Source of the DNA: Longimicrobiales bacterium
GTDB lineage: Bacteria; Gemmatimonadota; Gemmatimonadetes; Longimicrobiales; Gaopeijiaceae
NCBI GenBank assembly: GCA_965197725.1
Contig: CBDANQ010000058.1
Location: 32,001-96,000, forward strand
DNA: 64,000 bases
Reading direction: 5' to 3'
Part shown: in pieces, positions 58,098 through 64,000 of the stretch
Position numbering within the stretch: position 1 is the first letter of the stretch
Layout of the letters: each line of letters opens with the position of its first letter
Notes under the pieces: generated by a model
Database searches by the model: none
What the model was told of the DNA's origin: nothing
Seen by the model: only the letters and a program-made list of their open reading frames with translations
Translations under genes and position numbers: made by a program

Positions 58098-58215
58098 GGC
58101 GAGGAGAGAGCGCTTCTTACGCTGATGGCACCCGTGGCGGCTGTCTCGCGTAGGACTAGTAGTGGAGCCTCGACTTCACGCACCGTCGGTCACAAGCTCA
58201 TTTGGAGAGAACCCC

Positions 58216-58392
58216 ATGGCAGGCATCGTCGAGTTCCTTCTGGCGAACCCGCTCTTCCTCATCCCTCTGCTGCTCTTGGCAGCGGTGATGCTCTACGCAC
58301 TCTTGAAGAAGCTGCTCAAGATGGCCGCGATCGTTGTGATCGCAGGAGCGCTCTACATGATACTCGTGGAGTACTTCGGGGCGGGATTATAG
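58216..58392 (+). CDS. Small two-TM membrane protein
   Basis: GGAG RBS, MAGIVEFLLANP..., two hydrophobic helices. Confidence 0.7.
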   Translation: MAGIVEFLLANPLFLIPLLLLAAVMLYALLKKLLKMAAIVVIAGALYMILVEYFGAGL

Positions 58393-58426
58393 GAAATAGT
58401 GGCCCGCCACCCACCGGAATAGCTTT

Positions 58427-59287
58427 CTAGAAGATCAGCCTCCGCTGGATGTTGAATCCGGCCCGCCACTCACCGGGCGTAAATTCAAGCTCCGTGCCGC
58501 CGAGGACCTGCGTCGGATTCAGGCTCCGTTGGTTGGATAACACCACTTTGAAAAAGTGCCCGCGGGTCTCGATCTCGATACCAAACGACCCGCTGTCGTG
58601 GGCCTGCGCTGCGCCCCGGTCCTCGCTGATGATCCACTCGCCCAGGAAGCTCACCCTGTCCGAGAGGTAGAGCTGGCCATGCAGACCGAGCACGAATACG
58701 GTCTCTGAGTCAGCATCCTCGATGGTGGGATTGCGGAGGACCGTAGGCACGACCCCCACGGCTAGGCGCTCGCCCAACAGCGTGTTAAACATCAGCTGGG
58801 CGTAGTGCTGAGATTCGTTGTCGTCGGCGCCCGCGCCGGTAGGCGCTTCGGTGTTCCAGGCGATGCCACCCATCAAGCCGATCATCACCGGCACCGCGTC
58901 GGAGCCTCCTTCGAAGACCCGCGCCTTCGCGTTCAGCTCGACGTTGTCGCTGAAGTTCGAGCGCAGCACGCCAAGCATCACACGATCGGACGCGGCGTAC
59001 GCGAGCCCCAGCCGGTTTCTCACCGGTCCGTCGAAGCCCCACAGCACGTCCGCCCCGTTCGCCACGGGTGGGAAAAACCGATGAGATATCTCGAAGAGCC
59101 ACCGTCCCTTCTGCAGCGTCTCCGCTGTTGGGAGATTAGCGGACTGGGGCGAGTGGAAGATGATCTGGGCGTGCACAGTGGACCGCGCGTCCGCCAGCAG
59201 CAGGACCGCCAGCAGTACTCCGATCGTGACGGCCGAGGACTTGCCGACTCGAGCCGCCACGATCGTTTTCCTGTCGAATCTAGTCAT
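58427..59287 (-). CDS. DUF5777-like beta-barrel protein
   Basis: FEISHRF, FDGP..RLGL, IEIETRGHFFKVVLSN, GFNIQR; start MTRFDRK. Confidence 0.8.
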   Translation of the reverse strand: MTRFDRKTIVAARVGKSSAVTIGVLLAVLLLADARSTVHAQIIFHSPQSANLPTAETLQKGRWLFEISHRFFPPVANGADVLWGFDGPVRNRLGLAYAASDRVMLGVLRSNFSDNVELNAKARVFEGGSDAVPVMIGLMGGIAWNTEAPTGAGADDNESQHYAQLMFNTLLGERLAVGVVPTVLRNPTIEDADSETVFVLGLHGQLYLSDRVSFLGEWIISEDRGAAQAHDSGSFGIEIETRGHFFKVVLSNQRSLNPTQVLGGTELEFTPGEWRAGFNIQRRLIF

Positions 59288-59345
59288 GCGCCGCTCCAGT
59301 GTTGATCCAGTTCTTGATGTTCGTGAGGTCGATATTGTCCAACGG
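59280..59345 (-). pseudogene. C-terminal remnant of a cytochrome-c-like lipoprotein
   Basis: PLDNIDLTNIKNWINTGAAHD-stop overlapping the barrel gene start; upstream part missing. Confidence 0.5.
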
Positions 59346-59679
59346 TCACCGCGTGCTCCGGGAATCGGAAGAGGACTACCTACAAGACCTAGGACGATCA
59401 AGCAGCTGCGGCACCCACACCAGGTCAAGATGGCGGTGATCGCGGGCACGCTGTTCTTGCGTAGGCGACACACCGGCTTGCTGTCGTGAACGCTTAGGAC
59501 CTCCGACGCGGTCTTTCCGACTTCCAGGTCCAGCTTCATCCCACCCACCTCCTTCAACATGCTTCGAGGTCCTCGGATCGATCGGCCCCGCATTAGCGTC
59601 TCCTTGCTGAAGCGATGGATGCACGACAATCATCCGGGTAGTGCGTCGCCGCCGCCACCGCCCCCAACACTTTCGTGAG

Positions 59680-59805
59680 ATGAGCACGGAAACGCTGAAG
59701 TCCTTGGTCGAGGACACGCGTCTTCGTTCGACGGTGTATCACCATGCGCTCGGGGTCGTCGGAGAGATCACGCGGTGGAACTTCCCGATGTCGATGCCGG
59801 TTTAG
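59680..59805 (+). pseudogene. Aldehyde dehydrogenase internal fragment
   Basis: ALGVVGEITRWNFPMSMP, a decayed PLGVVGxITPWNFP motif. Confidence 0.65.
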
Positions 59806-59851
59806 ATGAGCGTACCATCGAACGACGACCCGTTATCCGGAACATGAATAC

Positions 59852-61012
59852 GTGAACACTTTGAATCTCGCCCGGCGATTGAACCACGCGGCGGCTGGCA
59901 GGCTCCTCCGCTGGCTTCTGCCGGGAGCGGCTCTGCTCGTGGCATGCGGCGACGGCCGCGTGGCTGGAGACCTGGGACCGGGTGACCCGACCGGACCGGG
60001 TGACCCGACCGGCACGAGCGACCCGACCAGCCAATGCGTGATCCCCATCGACCAGCTCTTTGACGGAGGCCCGGGCAAAGACGGCATCCCCGCGCTCACC
60101 GATCCCACTCTCGTGCCCGTCGGGGATCCGCAAGCGGAGTACCTGAGCGACCAGGCCCGTGTAATCGGCGTCGAGATCGGAGGCGAGGTGATCGCCATTC
60201 CGCACAACGTCGGCTGGTGGCACGAAATCGTGAATCTGAACGTTGGCGGACGGCAGATCGCCGTGACCTACTGTCCGCTGACAGGCTCAAGCATCGCGTT
60301 CGACCGCTCCGACGTGGGTGGCGCGGAGTTCGGGGTCTCCGGCCTGCTTTACCAAAACAACCTGGTCATGTACGACCGGCGTACGGAAGAATCGCTCTGG
60401 CCGCAGATGCTTCGGCAGGGAGCGTGCGGGCCGTCCGCAAGCGCCCCGCTGAGCCTCTACCCCGTGGTAGAGATGACCTGGGAGGGGTGGCACACGCTAC
60501 ATCCCGAGACCACAGTCGTTGGCGGTAGCCCCACCTCGTATAACCGCTACCCCTACGGTAACTATGAAGATCTGAACAACCCCAACACGCTGTTCCCCAT
60601 GCCGTCGGCCATCGACTCTCGGCGGCCACCGAAGGAGCGCGTGCTGGGGATCGTGCGCTCGAATAAGGGCGGTATCGCCTTCCCGTTCGGGGTCCTGCAG
60701 TCGGCGGGGTCGCTCGTGGTGGCCGATGCGGGATTCCACAATAGTCGGCCCGTCGTCGTCTTCTGGGATGAGAGTCGCCAGGCCGCGGCCGCGTTCTATG
60801 CCACCGTGGGAAACGAGGTGCTACAGTTCACGGTGGAGGACCGTCAGATCGTCGACGTGGGGACCCGCAGCGTCTGGCATGTGGGTGGCGTCGCGGTGGA
60901 GGGGTCCCTGGCTGGCCAGCGCCTGGAGCCGGTAGCCGAGGCGTACGTTGCGTTCTGGTTCGCCTGGGCAGCGTTCCAGCCCGATGGGGACATCTGGGCG
61001 CCCGGGCTGTGA
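59852..61012 (+). CDS. DUF3179 domain lipoprotein
   Basis: Lipobox LVA-C, GGPGKDGIPAL, HEIVN, TYCPLTGS, FGVSGLLYQNNLVMYDR, FWFAWAAF. Confidence 0.9.
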   Translation: MNTLNLARRLNHAAAGRLLRWLLPGAALLVACGDGRVAGDLGPGDPTGPGDPTGTSDPTSQCVIPIDQLFDGGPGKDGIPALTDPTLVPVGDPQAEYLSDQARVIGVEIGGEVIAIPHNVGWWHEIVNLNVGGRQIAVTYCPLTGSSIAFDRSDVGGAEFGVSGLLYQNNLVMYDRRTEESLWPQMLRQGACGPSASAPLSLYPVVEMTWEGWHTLHPETTVVGGSPTSYNRYPYGNYEDLNNPNTLFPMPSAIDSRRPPKERVLGIVRSNKGGIAFPFGVLQSAGSLVVADAGFHNSRPVVVFWDESRQAAAAFYATVGNEVLQFTVEDRQIVDVGTRSVWHVGGVAVEGSLAGQRLEPVAEAYVAFWFAWAAFQPDGDIWAPGL

Positions 61013-61875
61013 CGACCACGGGCAGGCGGCTGGCGATAGCCGCTGCCTGCCTAGCCTTACTCTCCGTCTCCCCTGCTCACGCCCAGTGGATCGAGGAGCC
61101 GGGCAGGGGTTGGGTCCAACTCATAGTTTACCATCAAGACACCCGGGAGGAGTTCGGCCCCAGCGGCGACGTGAAGCCGTTCTTCGCGGGCGGCCATGCG
61201 GTCATGACGTCGTTATTCGTGACTGCGGCTGGTGGGGTCGTTCCGGGAGTGGACGTTTGGGTGCAGTTCCCGCTCCACTCTCTTGTCTTCTCGGATCTGG
61301 CCGCTCGCCGCGAGAAGTTCGGGCCGGGCGACCCTAAAGTCTTCGTCCGTGTGGGCCCGGAGCTCTTTGGTGGCCAGATCGGTATTCCCATCGCAGTGCG
61401 AGCTGGCGTGAAGCTTCCCGTCGGCGAGTTCCCCATCGATTCCGAGATCATCCCGCTCACGGAGGGCCAGCGCGACTATGAGCTGATGCTGGAGCTGGGC
61501 CACTCGTTCTGGCCGCGGCCGGCCTGGGCCCAGGCTTGGGTGGGCTACCGGTGGCGCGAGTTCAACGAGAGAATCGACCGCAAGCCAGGGAACGAGCTGT
61601 TCGCGTACGCGACCGTCGGCGGACAACTCGGCCGCCTCACTCTGAAGCTATCGGGTGAGGTACTGGTGGGTCGCACGCCACGGCTCGTAGGTGTGCTCGT
61701 GGATAACGCGCGACGGGAGATCTACCAGCTTTTTCCCACCGTCGGTTGGCGGATCGGGCCGGGCGACGTAGAGCTCGGCGGCCGCTTCCCCGTGGCCGGG
61801 CAGAACCTGCCCGCCAGGCCGGCGCTGACCGTCGGATATTTCTTCAACTGGAGTCTGACGCCGGGCTCCGGGTGA
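61009..61875 (+). CDS. Putative outer-membrane beta-barrel protein
   Basis: Signal peptide AHA-Q, alternating amphipathic strands; GTGA overlap. Confidence 0.7.
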   Translation: MTTTGRRLAIAAACLALLSVSPAHAQWIEEPGRGWVQLIVYHQDTREEFGPSGDVKPFFAGGHAVMTSLFVTAAGGVVPGVDVWVQFPLHSLVFSDLAARREKFGPGDPKVFVRVGPELFGGQIGIPIAVRAGVKLPVGEFPIDSEIIPLTEGQRDYELMLELGHSFWPRPAWAQAWVGYRWREFNERIDRKPGNELFAYATVGGQLGRLTLKLSGEVLVGRTPRLVGVLVDNARREIYQLFPTVGWRIGPGDVELGGRFPVAGQNLPARPALTVGYFFNWSLTPGSG

Positions 61876-61914
61876 GCGGTTGCGGAGCGGAGTTCGCAGG
61901 CGACGGCTGCCGGG

Positions 61915-62388
61915 TCAGTGGAAACCCTTCAGAAGAGCCGGTTGGGCCGGGGGGGCTCCCCCTGGTGGTTGACCGCCGCCCTGAGAACCTCCGATGACTT
62001 TCACGACTGTCGCGACAAGCACCGCTCCGACGACTGCCCCTACGCCAGCCACGACAATCGCTGTACGCCCACGGTCCAGCTCGCGCACGTCGACGCCGAC
62101 GACCTCGTCCGCTCTTACGGTGATCGGCTGGCGCAGGCCGCGGTCGAGCGTGCCACTCCGGACGATAACCGGTACCGAAATCGTGATCTCCTCGGCCCAC
62201 TGCAGCAGTTGCCCGCTGAGCTCCACCCGGCGCAGGCCGGTTAGCTCCTCCACATGTTGGCGGCCCTCTACCGTCAGCCGAACGACAACGTCCGAGCCCG
62301 GGGGGACCGACCCGATTCGGACCGGAACATTTCGGTAGCAACCGGCAAGGAGAACCACCAGGGCCATCATCAGGAAAGCGCGGACCAT
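61915..62388 (-). CDS. Hypothetical lipoprotein with C-terminal TM
   Basis: Lipobox LAG-C; start MVRAF. Confidence 0.7.
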   Translation of the reverse strand: MVRAFLMMALVVLLAGCYRNVPVRIGSVPPGSDVVVRLTVEGRQHVEELTGLRRVELSGQLLQWAEEITISVPVIVRSGTLDRGLRQPITVRADEVVGVDVRELDRGRTAIVVAGVGAVVGAVLVATVVKVIGGSQGGGQPPGGAPPAQPALLKGFH

Positions 62389-62648
62389 AACGTACCATCC
62401 TTTCGAGTCCAGAGGCGCCGTCCCGTAAAAGCCACCCATACCGGGCGAGGACGGATCGCAGAATCGCCGGAACCCCTTGTTGCTCCTCCTCGGCCCGGGA
62501 AGCAAACATAGTCCTGCGGGCGACGGCTATCAACCGAAGTAGGCCGGGCTCAGCGAACCGCCACGTCTTCCTTGTCCGCCCCAATCCCCTGCCTTATTTT
62601 GCTCGTCGCGGCGCTAGGGCGTTTGGATTCCTTGTTCCTGAGAGCACT

Positions 62649-63593
62649 ATGAAAGCCAGGCTGAGTTTGGCCATGGTGGTCGTGTTGGCCGTGAGTGCGT
62701 TCGTGACCGCTGGCTATGCGCCGGTAGTGGAAAACGAGGAAGAGCAGCAGCAGCAGCGGCTCATCCGAATGGTGGAATTGCTCGAGAGCGGGCAGGTCGT
62801 CTTCGGGTCGAGTGTCGGAGACCGTAGCCCGGCTGGTGCCGTGCAGATGGCGAGAAACTCGGATATTGACTTCCTATTCTACGATATGGAGCATGCCGGG
62901 TTCGACCTGAATCAGCTGCGGATCTTCATGCAGTTCACGCTGGATCCGGCGCAGATCCTGGCCCGTGGGCGGCCCGGCACCGACCATGCCATCCTGATCC
63001 GGATCCCGCCGTTCGGGCGTGAGCTCAAGATGAATCAGTGGGTAATCAAGAATCTGCTCGACCAGGGTATCCACGGGACCATCGCGCCTTTCATCGAGAC
63101 CGCCGAGCAGGCCGAGGACCTTATCCGGGCAATGCGTTATCCACAGTCCCCGGACGCCGCCAACCCCGGGCCGGTCGGCCAGCGCGGGTCGGGAGCCGGC
63201 AACGCCATCCGATTCTGGGGCGTCGGAGGGAGCGAGTACAGGGCTCGATCCGATCTGTGGGGGCTCAGCCCGCAGGGCGAGCTGCTCACGATGCTCCTGA
63301 TCGAGAACGAGTTGGGTGTTCAGAACATCCGCGAGATCGTTCAGGTCCCGGGCGTCTCGATGGTGATGGCCGGGACTGGCGATCTGGGTTCGTACTACAA
63401 CGGGGATGGCGACAAGGTAGAACGGGCGGTCCAGACCATTCTTGCGGCCTGTAAGGAGTTCGACGTGGCGTGCGCGATACCGACAGGGGTGGACGATACC
63501 GAACGCCGTATCCGCGAGGGTTTCCGCGTTATCCTGACCAGCGGTGAGGCGCTCCGCATCGGCCGTCAGGTTGCGGGGCGGACGTCGCCCTGA
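62649..63593 (+). CDS. HpcH/HpaI aldolase family protein with signal peptide
   Basis: DMEH, LDQG..G..P, RYP...G.RG, LLIENELG, GTGDL. Confidence 0.88.
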   Translation: MKARLSLAMVVVLAVSAFVTAGYAPVVENEEEQQQQRLIRMVELLESGQVVFGSSVGDRSPAGAVQMARNSDIDFLFYDMEHAGFDLNQLRIFMQFTLDPAQILARGRPGTDHAILIRIPPFGRELKMNQWVIKNLLDQGIHGTIAPFIETAEQAEDLIRAMRYPQSPDAANPGPVGQRGSGAGNAIRFWGVGGSEYRARSDLWGLSPQGELLTMLLIENELGVQNIREIVQVPGVSMVMAGTGDLGSYYNGDGDKVERAVQTILAACKEFDVACAIPTGVDDTERRIREGFRVILTSGEALRIGRQVAGRTSP

Positions 63594-63695
63594 GAATCCT
63601 GGCTCTTCGATTGTTTCCGTCCCTGGGATCCTCAACCTAGCAGGTGGTAGCGGCTCTCGTGTAGGGCGCGGTGCCCCAGGATCAGGTCTCTGCGA

Positions 63696-64000
63696 CTAGC
63701 GCCGGAACCGCACCCACTTAGTCATGCGTCGCTGGGAGACCTCGGCGCCGTACACGTTGCCGTCGCTGTCCACGGCGACGCCCTCGGGTCCGCTGTAGCC
63801 CGCTACGTTCACTATATCGTCCGGGAGGAAGTGGCTCACCCAGCCCGTGCGGGCATCGCCGATCCTGATGCCCTTCTCCCAACCCGCGTTCCGCTGCCCC
63901 GTGGCCTCGTTCGGGTCCGGGCTGGACTCCGAGTCGGCGACGTAGATGACGTCGTTGTCGTCGATGTAGATGCCGCTGGGCCGGCCGAACTGCGTCCAGA
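63696..64000 (-). CDS. 3' end of NHL-repeat protein (partial)
   Basis: WTQFGRPSGIYIDDNDVIYVADSES...GPEGVAVDSDGNVYGAEV; stop at 63696-63698. Confidence 0.85.
   Translation of the reverse strand, partial: WTQFGRPSGIYIDDNDVIYVADSESSPDPNEATGQRNAGWEKGIRIGDARTGWVSHFLPDDIVNVAGYSGPEGVAVDSDGNVYGAEVSQRRMTKWVRFRR

Noticed and set aside
59852..61012. Selenoprotein DUF3179
   Set aside because: No in-frame TGA; Cys codon at the motif
62745..62756. (CAG)4 as a phase-variable repeat
   Set aside because: Short and in-frame
1..64000. rRNA, tRNA, prophage, retron/RT or known defence systems
   Set aside because: No recognisable motifs seen by eye; a covariance-model scan was not possible

Overview
GC-rich (roughly two-thirds G+C) bacterial chromosomal segment. 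Gene content and protein style suggest Gemmatimonadota (inference, not searched). About 50 CDSs: rho; a thyX-radical SAM-metallophosphoesterase operon; acyl-CoA synthetase plus Na+/solute symporter; NamZ; a VPS10/BNR hydrolase; an M49 peptidase; addB with a broken addA; outer-membrane barrels and a TonB receptor; a DtxR regulator; a cNMP-GGDEF cyclase; and an NHEJ locus (ligD, ku, and a MerR-HTH/TPR gene right behind ku, with a LexA-box-like site just upstream of ku). Two near-identical 1495-bp IS1182/IS5-type elements sit in duplicated CTAG sites, and the target supplies the transposase stop codon. The most striking window-wide pattern is erosion. At least six genes are frameshifted or internally deleted, mostly outside homopolymers. 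There are several 5-39 bp tandem duplications. About ten short 'shards' of unrelated genes fill the intergenic spaces (asnB, amidase, aldo-keto reductase, hydrolase, Thr dehydratase, IS256, SDR, PadR, ALDH, a cytochrome-like tail). This occurs where the homologous-recombination helicase AddA is broken and Ku/LigD are intact. No rRNA, tRNA or CRISPR array was seen. All family calls come from motif recognition by eye, with no database search.
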